Shown here: in pieces, positions 1-12,339 of the stretch
Numbering within the stretch: the stretch's first letter is position 1
How the letters are laid out: every line of letters starts with the position of its first letter
Source: Epiperipatus broadwayi
Taxonomy: Eukaryota; Animalia; Onychophora
DNA length: 64,000 nucleotides
NCBI GenBank assembly: GCA_028023455.1
Contig: JAQFVV010000009.1
Span: 13,516,001 to 13,580,000 of the forward strand
Direction: 5' to 3'
Made by a program: the position numbers and the translations under genes
Notes under the pieces: generated by a model
The model's input: only the letters and a program-made list of their open reading frames with translations
Told to the model about the DNA's origin: nothing
Databases searched by the model: none

Positions 1-1968
1 GTCCAGAAAAAATGCTACACTTTTTTCAAACCTGTTCTTATTTGTCATCTCTATATTTATTTGCATTTAATAAGCATACAATCAGCCTCAACCAATTGCT
101 CATAAAATATGAAAATACTTTCAGCCTTATAATGCATCTAATTGTTCACACACTAAGAACCATGTAGCGTATATGTTGCTTCATGATATCTGACAATAAG
201 AAATATACAATGTACTCAAAAGAAATAACAAAAAATGGTTCAACTCACATTTATTCTCTCTCAAATTTTTACAAGGAACATCATGAACAAAAATCTACAA
301 TCTACCTTGATTGTGCACTCTCAGAATTTGAACTTTTATAATCAGTAACATTCCCTGTGAATTTTCATTTTTGAAAATAAATATTTGGACTCATCTATGT
401 ATAAAGAATATCTTAAATGCATGGGAAGAGATTAGTTCGCAATCATGGTTGTGTAATATTTGAGTATGAATTTTGGTATATATCTCATTAACAGATGCAA
501 TTGCCATAATTGCCATTAGTAAGTACTTAGAAATAAATAATGTTAGGAAAATAATTTTTAATATCATTAACATCCTGTGGAAGGTTGGCCACATAAAATG
601 CTACACTCTTCAAATTTCTATTATTATTACTTAGAATTGAACAATTTATTGCATTGCCTGTTTCATTACTATATAATGTAGTTTCATCATAAATTTGCCT
701 ATGTAGCTTAAATTTATTCTAATATATAGTTTTTGAATCAAATACATACAATTTTAAAAAGCTGTGACATTAATTATTGTGGTGATGTAAACAGTAGTTT
801 GAAAATATTGGTAGTAGCTTATTATATTATTATTTTTCTCTGTGAAAGCAATTCTTAAATTAAAGCCCACTACGTAATAGAATACAAACTATTATCAAGG
901 TATTTATAATAGCCTATATTGTATAGTATCTGTGCCATGAATGAATTGTACAATGCAGTAAATTTTCTACTGTTATTCAAATATTACTAAAAAAAATTTT
1001 TATTAAAATTATCAAATATCAGTAACTTAAGAATATTTGATTTGTTCTGCGTTTTACATATATTAGAATCATTGTAATTTCTAAATAAGTAAGTCTACTA
1101 ATAAACATTCCACAATTAATTTTCTATTGACAAGACTATTTGGATCTCTGAATTTTATTAAAAAAGCAGTAATAAAGACAATAAGACTAAAATCAGAAAT
1201 GGTCAATTTAAATAAAAAAAATTAAATCCTGTATTCAGCATTGCAATTCAATTTTTTAAAAAAAAAAAAAAAAACAAATTTTGTATGTTATGGCTTCTTG
1301 AATGAAACAACAACGTATGGAATTTAGCTGATTTTAATAATTTGATTAAAGTTCATAAGAAATATGAAGCATCTTTTAGATATTTTCATCTAAAACACTT
1401 GATTGGTTTCTATTTTGATTCATATTGAAAAATTGAATTATTTCTCTTTCTTTAATTTCACAGCAGTTAAATACAAAAACTACAAAAATCAGGATTTACT
1501 TCTAAACAGGACAAATTTTGCGATTATACATGATATGGATTGAAATTATAAATACGGGTGAGTGATAAATTTCTTGACATTTGTTAAAAAAAAAAAACAG
1601 TGGATTTTTTCTTAGAAATTAAAGTTTAAAAAGTATTCGTATCAATAAATATTAATATTTTTAATGCTAATAAAATGTAAAAATAAAACTGTCAAATTAT
1701 ATAACCATGCCACTATTATCTATAGTATGTATACGCGCAGTAATTGGGATAGTTCAGGTAAAATGAAAATATTCCAACAGATGGCGTCTAAATATAAATT
1801 TGAAAAAGAACTCTCAGCTGAAATACTAATCGTTTTCATTGCTTGCTTGATAAAACATTAAACACGTGCTAGATATTCTAGAATAAAATCAATAGTAAAA
1901 AATAAAAGGGGAATTTACTTTAAGCCCTCTCAAAACTTTTAAACAATTTATTAAATAAAGAATCTTAC

Positions 1969-2045
1969 CTCCAAAAGTGTGGCGCAAAACCAGGACAGCG
2001 TTCTCCACACTTATGACAAGGGTGTTCCTTATCAGCAGGCATGTT
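1969..2045 (-). CDS. Coding exon of a PET/LIM-domain family protein (testin/LMCD1/prickle3/LIMPETin-type N-terminal Cys-rich region); peptide NMPADKEHPCHKCGERCPGFAPHFW(R)
   Basis: Minus strand reads ttatttttttgtttcctag|AACATGCCT...CACTTTTGGAG|gtaaga, a canonical acceptor and donor around 77 nt with an open frame. CxxC...CPGFxPHFWR matches the known motif preceding KICxxCKC in testin (CEGFELHFWRK), LMCD1 and prickle3. The paralog cannot be assigned from one exon. Confidence 0.85.
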
Positions 2046-2427
2046 CTAGGAAACAAAAAAATAAGTCTTGTTGACGCCGCTAGCCAATATACAGACATAT
2101 CAGCAATTATATTAAAATTTAAATTAATAATACCAGTACTTATCAAAATAAGTTTAAACATAATAATAAACAGTGATGACAAACTTTTCATGTCATAAAT
2201 AATTAAATTTACCCTTAGAGAAACATTTTCAAGAACGATTCTCACTAAGCACACTATGAAACCACAAGCAGAAAGGAAACGATTTTCATTTAAGTAAGAA
2301 ACGTTAAATAAATCACCGTTTAAAACCTAAGCGGAAATATCTTTACTACGCTTTCAGAAGGCTGGCTGTTTTAAGTCCCTAAAGTATAGAGATTATTACG
2401 GTAGGATTATCATTTGTAACAACTTAC

Positions 2428-2560
2428 CACTGAATATTATTTAAACGTTATCCCATCATCTGATATTGTGATATTCCTATTTTTAATCCGCTGCATGTGT
2501 ACTTTAAACAGTGATTATGTACAGAAACATTTCTGGGAGACTCAAAAGCTGCTTCCTAGT
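2428..2560 (-). other. Candidate alternative non-coding first exon of the PET/LIM gene (5' boundary approximate)
   Basis: Strong minus-strand donor CAGTG|gtaagtt at 2428/2427, with a perfect CRE about 160 nt upstream of the donor. Confidence 0.4.
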
Positions 2561-2586
2561 CAAAGCGAGGCGCTCCTCCTTGGTAA

Positions 2587-2594
2587 TGACGTCA
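2587..2594. promoter_or_regulatory. CRE/ATF palindrome TGACGTCA
   Basis: Exact consensus, inside the CpG-retaining region just upstream of a candidate first exon. Confidence 0.5.
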
Positions 2595-3217
2595 AGGCAC
2601 CACCCTAGCGTGTGTAACCAAGACCTTAACTTAAAAGTATAATACAGTATAGCTCAACTTAATAAATACTGTTTTTCATTGAAAACTCATTATGATTTTG
2701 AAATAATCATTATCATTTCAGTCTTCCATTATTAAAAACTAAATATAAAGCAGTATTACTTTACCACACTTATAGCGCCCTGTACTTAATAATACACCCA
2801 AAACAAATCTTAATTATTGTGTGCGAGGTCAGTTTTTTTAATGACTAATTAAATCTGAATACGCTATTTTACAGATGAAAAAATGTAAATATGATGCGCA
2901 TGAGAAATGTATTTCTAATTCATAAATGTAATGGTAGGAGTTCGCTTGGATTCACACTAGTCAAGCTCGAAAGCCGCTGCTAAGTCTCCCTAAACTCAAG
3001 GACTGCGGATTACTCAAGCAGAACCGATTAGAATCTAAAATATTAAAAACACCTATTTTATATATATTTACATCCATCTCTCACTTAACTTTTTATTAAC
3101 TTTTAAAGTATATGAGATGAATAAATAATTTATTAATGTAACTTAAATACCAATATATATCTCAAACTCTTTGCATTCCGATATCGGGTTGGTATGCTAG
3201 ACATGTTCTCAACTTAC

Positions 3218-3226
3218 CGCAGACAT
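3218..3226 (-). CDS. Candidate first coding exon (Met-Ser-Ala) of the PET/LIM gene
   Basis: Minus strand AAAAGC-ATG TCT GCG|gtaagtt. The phase-0 donor joins in frame to AAC ATG CCT of the 1969-2045 exon, and the site lies in the CpG-rich region. Confidence 0.6.
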
Positions 3227-4430
3227 GCTTTTACTGCTCGAACTGGAAGTTTCCAGAGTTGCTAAATAACGCTCAATCGCTGGATCCCGAATCATTTTTA
3301 AAGTAGTTTTGCACACAAATTTGATATTTTATGTATTCCAATAGTGTAATATCCCCGAATAGAAATAATCCACAAAGTTTAATATCCAAAGTAGACTCCA
3401 CATTATACTGTAAATGGAACTATTACTATACCCTACGGCCAAAATCCTCTTTAAAAAAAAAAAAAAGTGATCACGTTCAAATACCGTAAAGAGGAGCAGA
3501 GGGATAGCTTCGTAACTGGCTAAAATTAGAAACGTCACGACCGAAGAATTTGAAGAAAAAATACAAAATATTTTATTGGGTTTGACCTAATCGTTTGCTA
3601 TATAAACAAGAAATAAAAACAACTTGCTCCGTGCAATAAACCTAGAGTTTTGTCGCCAGAAAAAAAACTCGATAAAGCGGAGAGAGAACTTTAACTGAGA
3701 GGAACTAGTTTTCGTTTTAAGAAAGCTTCACCGGAGTAATCGGCCTGTTTATGTCAACTCATTTAAATCAGACATTTTAATCTGTCTCACTTCTTGAGTC
3801 TTAAAAGAATACGCCAACAATTTTTTATTATTAAAATGTTTATTTCACTTACTACATTTTTTATTTACTTGAACACAATACTATGCAACAAGTAATATTC
3901 ATTAATTAGTTTAAATATAAAAATGTTAATCATTTTCCGGATAGAGCAGCATGCAACTTTCCGCTTACTGTACTACCCCGACACATGCATTAGACAATCA
4001 CTATCTAGGCAAAAGAGAGAGATATAATTAGCAGAAAAAACACTTATTTATAGTATGAAGTGCTTTTATTATTTTCTAGCTTCTTTAACATATATAATGT
4101 TCTGAGCTACATTAAATAAATATCTTCTGCATAAATAATATAATCAGAACGTATGTGTATGTGGACATTACATGTACACATATTGCCAGTCGTTTAGGAT
4201 TTACTTCAGTAATAAACAAGTTTTAAAAAAGAATGTTGTGTTTATATATAAATATGTAAACTTATTTTATGATCTCTTAATTTTCGTTTTATGTACAAAA
4301 GTGCTGAGATTTTATACTAGACACAGAATTATATCCCCCCCCTTCCCCCTGCATTTAGCCGATTTGTTGTTAATGCCCCCCCCCCCCCAACACACTTGAT
4401 TGTTCTATATTTCATTCATATATATATATA

Positions 4431-4745
4431 AAGATTCTCGGCCTCCGGGTGGCCTTTGAGCGTTCCTTCTTCAGATTTTCAATTGGATGGACGGTTGAAG
4501 AGTTGGAGTGTGGAGTGGATTGAAGCCTGTCCATTAAAATATGAAGTTTGGTTATCTTAATATATATCTGAGCACTTATTGCATATATGTGTAGAGATGA
4601 TAATCTGGACCAACTGATGATTGCTGATTTAGCATGAAATACGCATATTGGTGATTATTTATCTTTTCGACATATATGTGTTCAAGTGAATCAGTGTAAT
4701 AAAGAGTGGCGAGTGGTGAGTCGAGTGAAAGTCTGTGCTCATATA
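4431..4745 (+). mobile_element. ~310-bp hammerhead-bearing repeat (family 1), Penelope pLTR/retrozyme-like
   Basis: Aligns along its length with the reverse complement of 31581-31885, contains a hammerhead motif and is flanked by TA-rich DNA. Confidence 0.7.
4609..4652 (+). ncRNA. Minimal type-I hammerhead ribozyme motif (family 1), core intact
   Basis: ACCAA-CUGAUGA-U-UGCU(GAUUU)AGCA-U-GAAA-U(ACGC)AUA^-UUGGU: stem I 5 bp, stem II 4 bp, stem III 2 bp, NUH triplet AUA. Confidence 0.75.
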
Positions 4746-7700
4746 CCTATATATTATATATAAAGAAAGAATTTTAATATAAGAATTGTTTTGATTACAT
4801 GAATGCATTCATTTCTATAAAATTTCAATTTAATATTTTATCTCATATATTTTAATTTTAAAAAATCGAAAAAATAAAAGAGATGGCTTTAATATCAGTT
4901 GAATATACTATAGTAAAAGTTTGCAAAATTAAAAGTAAGATTAATAACTTTAAAAAAATTATTTTTTTATTAATTAATTTATTTTCCAGATAGTTCGTTT
5001 TCCTAATTAATTATGAGAAAAAAATTTGGATATTTTATTAATAGTAACCAGTTGTTAAAATATGCTATTGTATGGCTTGAGAACGAAATGCCATCCTTGC
5101 CTGGATTTTTTGCTTTGGTTTCTTTATGGGTAATTGACAATTAAGAAGTATATAAAAATGACAGACATATTTAAAAATATTTGCTCATTAAAAATTCATC
5201 AAAATTGTAGTTAATAAAACTATTGCTTTTAAACGAATTAAACAACTGTAAGTGTTGCCTTCTCTCAAATGTAGAAAGATCAGAAACCAACCAAGGCATA
5301 TGTTTTAACTAGTTGTTAAAAATTGGAGGACTATTTATTCAGTTGCTACATTCATGTATGCAAAATGACTGATTTTTACTTCAGTAAATATTTAAAATAT
5401 ACAGTACTTAAAACCTCATATGAATAAAGGTAATCAATAGCATATTTATCTGAAATTGTTATTAATTAAAGTCAAAATTTTGAATGCAGAAAGTTTACCA
5501 CTTACAATAATGATTAAACAATTTTTCTTAAAAATGCAATTTATCCACTATGAATACTTTTTTAGCAAAAACCTTTTATTGTACTTATATACATACACAA
5601 TCTCATATTTTGATTGTCCTGCAATCTTCTTCAGAGCCAATTTTACTTTCATTTTTTAAAAGTAAAAAAAAATTAAAATAGACTGCAGGATAGTCAAAAT
5701 GTAAGATTGTGTGTGCATATAGATACAATAAAAGGTTTTTGCTAAAAAGTATTCAAAGTAGTGGATAAATTGTGCTTATATACGATATTACAGCAAAATA
5801 AAGGAAGTGATGAATTTGGTAATATTTCTGAAAATTTTTTTTATTAATATATTGCAGTGACATGCATTAAGATTATTCTAATATTTGATTTTTGTCAGAA
5901 ATGAGCACAAATGAACTATAGCAAAAACAATTTCTTTATTTCTGAAGCAGGTAGACTCCTAAAATAGTTTATAAAAATATATAAAAAAATGGAAATTAAT
6001 TTTTAAAAAAATATTTTTTATATTTCATATTTTATTTTATTGTTCACAATGCATATACAGCATTAGGCACCCCTGCATATGTGTGTGTGCATGTAAAAAT
6101 ACACATTACAATACAGTTACTATTATCTGCAAATTTCAGTATTTATTGCATGGCTTGGAATTAAATGCCATTCATATAAGGGAAACTACTGTATATACAA
6201 TACTTATTAATAATATATCAGTAAATATATTTAATGATGTAAAGACTTTCATTGTGTTATGATGAAGTTCTAAATATTGAATTTTAAATTTACTGTATAG
6301 TTTTAAATATTAAATAGCATATAAAAAAAATGGCATTCAGCCCCCATATCTTACAAAAGATAATCAAATAGATTGTTTGCTTAACAATATCAATGTCTTG
6401 ATTTGATTGTTAAAAGGAAAAGTCCCCAAATTCATTATAAATAGTCATAAAAAAGTAAAACATTCAAAATAAAATCTTAAAAAGATTTTATATTTTGATA
6501 TTTGTTGATTAGAATCCAAGACAAAAACATATATTAATATAATCTTCAATACTTTCTCTTCCTCTTTCCTTCTTTATTTTTGCTTTTTTTATATAAAAGT
6601 AGATAATAAGGTAAGGAATAAAAATAAAAATACATATAAGAATAAAAATAATTTTATAAAAATTAAGTAAATAAAAGAAGCAGGAATAAAATATGAATAA
6701 AATGGAATTAAGAAATGGAATAAGATAATAAAAAATTAAGATAATAAGGGAAATGTAAAATAAGATTAAATATATGAATATAGTAATATAAAAAAGGTTT
6801 CATAAATATTACATAGAATTTATAAAATTATGGCAGGGGTAAAAGGTGAATAAATATAAATATGATAATAATTAAGAATAAAAATAATAAGAAAAATAAA
6901 GGGTAAAATAGAATTTAAAAGTTATATACTAGTAAGTTTAATGAATAAAGTGATGTTAATAATTAAGTTGGTTAAATTGTAACATTTTAATAGATATATG
7001 TATGAAATACGGTTGTATTGATATAATGTTTAAATTTTGTAGATATGACAAAGACTGCTAAGAACAATTGAAACTATAAAATTAATATATTTTGTTTTAA
7101 AGTGTAAGAAGAGTGGAATGTTGTTATTATATGTTAAAAACATATTATAAGTTTAAATAATCAATGGAAATAGATATCAGTATCAACCAATAAACTAGTT
7201 TCTGGCCACTCCATTTATGAAGAACATTAGATTTGTCTGTACATATCAGCTACCTTAATTTTTTATATTATCCAAGTTAATGTACCATAAGGTTTTTATA
7301 TATTTATAATCAGAAAATATTGGGATTTAGTTAGTGCTATAAATTTGAAATTCATTGATTATTTAAGCTGATGATGATGGGTAGTTGTGAATTTTCAAAT
7401 AAATCAAGTTGGCACCCTGTATTTTAGTAAATTTTACAGTTTTGAGGATCATAATTTACCAAAGATGTGTTAGTTGATAAATTAGAACAAAATTAATAAA
7501 TTGATTGTTAAATTTTTAAAAAAAGAAATATATTCCAATAAATTCCATTAGGAAGCTTTATTTCAATTTTTTTTTTTTACCTATAAATGATGAGAACATT
7601 ATTGTACTTTGGTGTATTTAATTTGGGGCTTCCTATTACAGAACATGATGCAGTGAACTATTTCCAAATGTATGTGATCCTGCCCTTCTGAAAAGTGTGT

Positions 7701-10700
7701 GTTAATGGTCATGATATGATTACATGCCACCGATATGAATAAAGTATAAATATTGTATATATATATTTCTGTTAATAAGTTAATCCAAAAAAAACTGTAA
7801 ATATTGTAATTGATTTTTTACAATGATTTATTTTTTTAAAAATAACAGCAATAAGAAATAAAATGTAATTATTAAATATGACTTTTCTATCAGGCATTTT
7901 TTTTTTTGTAAACATTTTTGGGAGATCTCTGAAACTATATTTATCAAAAATACAGGCTGCCATATTGGGTTACTTGAAAACCCACAAGTACCCAATAATA
8001 TTCTAAGATTAAGGCATTCTAAGATTTTTATTATACAGATAGAAAGGATTAGAATTTGATTGACATTCCCATTTAGTGTTCAGTGATTACTTAAGTTTAC
8101 AATAAATGATTCTGGAAGAGAACAGTGAAATGGATTAATGTTTCTAATGGGCTAATGAAAATAAGCTGGGGAAGTTTAATTATATTTTGTTTAGTGTTTG
8201 ATATATTTATTGACACATTCCACTGATTAATTGCTATTATCTGTCATTTGAAATCAACACCAAAGTATTTTGTACCAGCTGCTTTCTGATCTTTTTTTCC
8301 AATGTTACCAAAGGCTTAAATATGACAATTATATCTCCATAAGATTATTTTTATAAATATATTTTGAATTAAGAAATTTTAATTTCTCTGCTGTTCTTCA
8401 ATAATCTCTTTAAGAATAATGAGATTTGGTACATTAAATTACCTGTTTCAGAAATTTTTTTCAATATATTATCTGTTCCTTATAGCATATATCAAAATAC
8501 ATATATGTTGGAGTAATCCATACCATCCAAAAAAACAATTATCCAGAAAAAATCAAAATATAGATGTGAAACTATATAAACACAGTGTAAAATTAATTGG
8601 AGAACATATTGTACAGTTAGATTATAATAATAATAAAAATTCAACTTTTAATAGCTTAAAAAAAGCATAAATAAATTTACATATCAGGTAATAGTAATGC
8701 AGATCTTTTCCTGAATCCAGCGAACTAATATTTTTTTTTTAATGAAAATCTTTGAAAGTATAGTACTTTGTACTGAGTCTTAATTTAAAAAATCCTCAAA
8801 CAATTGCTTGATCTTTTCACTAAATGAACACTTCACTGATTCTATTACCTGGCATTTGCTTTTGATTAATTCACATTAGTAAAAGATATTTTATTTGTTT
8901 GATGATGTTACAACATGATGTATTCAGAAATTAAATAGCCAGTCATTTACTTTTAGAAATAATTTTTGTATTTCAATAGTCATCATTTTTTGGAGTCAGT
9001 TTTGTGGCTTATAATTAAAAGTAATATTTGTATGTAAGCAAAACTAATTTTTTTTAAAAAATTCAATAAAGATTAATACATTTTAAAATATAAATAAGTT
9101 TCTAAAATATGTTTAATATATTTGAATCTTTACTCAAAGCTGAAATACTTTGAAACAAGTCTGAAAAGTCTTACAAATATGATTGCTATATCAAAACAGC
9201 ATATATATTGAGTATAATACATTCTAAAAATATTAGACATAATCATAAGAATATAAAGATTGAGAATGAGAAACTTCATAAATTTAAACATAATCTTAAC
9301 AGAAATTTTATTTAATTTGAACTTTTTCTTTTTTTAATTGGGATTTAGTGGTTTTGTTTTTTTAATTATTTGTTCTTTATTATGATAGGTTTGTTTTATA
9401 TTTGCAACTATTAGGAAGTAATTACAGCAGATTTTTTTAAGAGTAATTATCTCTTAATAAGGGGAACTATATACATAGATCTTTTTTTTATTAAAAAAAA
9501 ATATTTTTTTAAATCATTTTTATGTAAAAGGTCATTAAAAAGTTGGGCTTAGTAATATTAAAAAAAAAAAAAAGAATTTTTTTGTTTGCTTTTGTAAAAT
9601 ATTATTGTTTATATTTGGTAAATGATATATGTTTTTAGCATTTTTTAATTTGTATGTTTTATATTTGTTTTATTTTATTGTCTGATGATTACGTGCATAA
9701 GCAAAGATTATGTAATGTAATCAAAACACTGGTAATGTTTATATTTTTGATGAAGTTCAGACAGAAAAAAAAAAGGATGTATTGGAATTTTAGATATATT
9801 TTTTGTGCACATACACACAAAAAATGATAATATAGATGAAAAAGTTGCAGGAAAAACTAAATACAAATAAGCTCATGAAATATGATAAAGATGTGCTTTA
9901 CTCAAAACTGACACTTTCTGAAAAGGTTTGCACATGGGGTTGCTATAACAACCATTAGCTGTCACTGGAACATTTGCTATTTCAGTCAATGATTATCAGT
10001 TTGGTGAATTCATGTTTAACATTTATGTTTCTGACATTTTTTATCATAATTTTACTTTGAATTATTTCTTCTTTGACATTAATATTAATCAGCTTTCAAA
10101 TTCAGCTTTTATGGCTCATGACTAAAATTGATATAGTTCTTAATTCTAGCTTTTTATTTACTGACTTTATCTTGTGTATACCTCTAAAATCGATTGTTTG
10201 TTGCATTTTTTTGTGGAGCAAAGTTAGAATGATGAACTCTGAAGTTTAAGATTCACAAATCATGCATTTGCTTTTAAATTGTGATGCACAAATTTCTTAT
10301 TAATTCCTGATAATTAACTATTTGATTAAATAAATTATAAAACTTGTATTCTACTTTCACTGGTAAGTTTCAATAATAATAAGCCGCCCTGGCAGCAAAT
10401 GTGTTAAAGAAATCATTCTTAATTAAAGGCACAAATATCATTAAGTGAAAATAGATAACAAATTGGATGCAATTTCACAAACGATTTTGCAAATATAAAT
10501 GCATGAAAAGTAAAATTTTATATGTTATATGCTTTTTTTTTGTTACAATATATTTTTTTATGTTTGTCAGATTGTCTTTAAATAGCGTCATATTTTAATA
10601 CTAAGTTTCATATTTTGAAGTTTATAAAATTGTAAACAAATCCTAAATAAAAACATTTTTATATTATTAAAATTATTCAGTATTTTTTTTTTTATATTGA

Positions 10701-11059
10701 TCTAATTAAAATTGATGTTCAACCAAAAGTTCTCTTCAAACAAATGGACTTTTTAAATGGCCTCAAACAACTTTTTTATTTTAAAACCAGCTAAGTTACT
10801 AAAATCTTCCAATAATTTTTAAAATGATTACTGTGCTTATCTATATTAAAAATAGAATTTAAGACTATCTGAATTAATCAGTTGTGACCAAATATAAAAT
10901 TTGAAGATGCATTTAATGACTATTTAATATATATATACCCTGGCAGAATTAAATATTTGAATATGCCATATATGGTTGAAATTTTTGAAGATTTTTTTTT
11001 TTTTACAATTGTAGTTATATGATAAATTATTTTCATTAACTAATTGAAATTGGTGTTCT

Positions 11060-11800
11060 AACAAATTAGATTCAGTATTCCATGAATCTAAAGATCTCTA
11101 GTTCAATAGATACACTAGTGCTGTCACTGATCAGGCTAGCAATATCAGAAAAAAAGGGCAGATTAATACCATTGAAATATTGTGTTCTATACCAATCTCT
11201 GGGTTGTTAGTAATAGTAAATGTAAATAAAATTTGACTTTTAAAATCACTTAACAATATTAATTAGCTAATGAAAATAATCCAATATCTAATTGCAAGAA
11301 AAATATCATTATCACAAATCTGGAGACGAAGATTACAATAATTGTCTGATGGTTTGTGATGATATTTTAGTAGTAATTATATGTTGTACTATTTCTATAA
11401 CCTAATATTGAATGTTAAATGTCTTCAGAAAAGTTCTAACTTTATTTGCATTTTTCAAATACAGTTGAGTATTGGTAATAGCATATAGGTCAACATATAA
11501 CACAACCTATTGAATGATATTATTCCCTTTTTCTTCTTCAGGGATTGCTGGATTAACTAGTGATAATGGTAGCATAGGAATCATATTGAGACCTTTAGAT
11601 TCATAAATATTGTATTGAAGATAGTGTTTTAACCAACTAGACTATTCTGCCAATGATTCATGATTACTGAATTGAAGATAATGCTCTAACCAACTTTGAC
11701 AGAATAGCCCTAAAGCATTACCTTATATTGAATATTATTAAATCTAAAATTCCATATTTAATTCTCATGATAGCACTGTCACTGGTCAAGCTTCCTACAC
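11060..11800. mobile_element. Cluster of degenerate tRNA-related SINE fragments
   Basis: Recurrent motifs catgaatctaaag, gcactgtcactg(a/g)tcaag and gctctaaccaact; similar pieces at ~46550-46630 and ~60830-60915. Confidence 0.35.
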
Positions 11801-12339
11801 TTGAATAAAATAGTATGCTATATACTAATCCTGTGTGCTATTACTAACAGTTGAATATATTTGAAGAGTTTAAATAGAGTTTACATTTTTCTAAAGATTT
11901 AAAATTTAATGTTCTTTATAATTACTATTTCTTTATAATGTTTTCAAGTAGTTTGCTGCCTTTAAAAAACCCATCATATTCAGGTGTGGAAGAAATATTA
12001 CTAACTATAGGTATACTAATGATAATTCTTAACCAAAATTAATAACTTTGAAAACACTGAGAGAGTAAAAATAACAAATATTGTAATGACAACAACAACA
12101 ACTGTCCTTAAATTGATAATGAAAACATTTAAAAAATGTTAATTTTTTTTTTGTTTTATTACTGTTTGATTTGTTGCTCCAAAGATCATAAGAAATTTCA
12201 ACACTAAAAAAAGACAGAGTTGAAGCTAATGTCTTGACATTCAAAATTGGCTACACTACCTTTTCACTAATTTACATAGGAAATCAATAACTGAGATTAT
12301 GGATTCAAGAGAGTCATTGCAGATTTCATTACTATATCA

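Larger units (their letters stand above)
1970..4000. promoter_or_regulatory. CpG-retaining promoter region of the minus-strand gene
   Basis: About 30 CpG dinucleotides counted by eye in 2900-3800, whereas CpG is rare over most of 5000-15000; coincides with the candidate first exons. Confidence 0.6.

Noticed and set aside
1889-2254. 121-aa minus ORF and overlapping 73-aa plus ORF from the track
   Set aside because: Wrong frames; the real coding exon is 1969-2045 in another frame, bounded by splice sites.
3426-3507. Overlapping short inverted repeats around an A-run in the promoter
   Set aside because: Arms of 5-9 bp are mutually exclusive and plausible by chance.
4431-4480. Second CUGANGA on the strand opposite the family 1 hammerhead (also at ~31848), which would imply ribozymes in both polarities
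   Set aside because: Both copies have C-AAA-G rather than GAAA, with no convincing stems I or III; not supportable as a hammerhead.
6600-6960. A/G-skewed stretch
   Set aside because: Low-complexity sequence with no regular period or coding signal.
7190-7235. Minus-strand GGCCAGAAACTAGT resembling the family 2 hammerhead 3' half
   Set aside because: The CUGANGA half is unrecognisable; at most a heavily decayed relic.
10228-10312. C/D box snoRNA (ATGATGA...CTGA); similar pairs at ~5812 and ~7643
   Set aside because: No terminal stems or recognisable rRNA/snRNA guide; these boxes are expected by chance at this composition.
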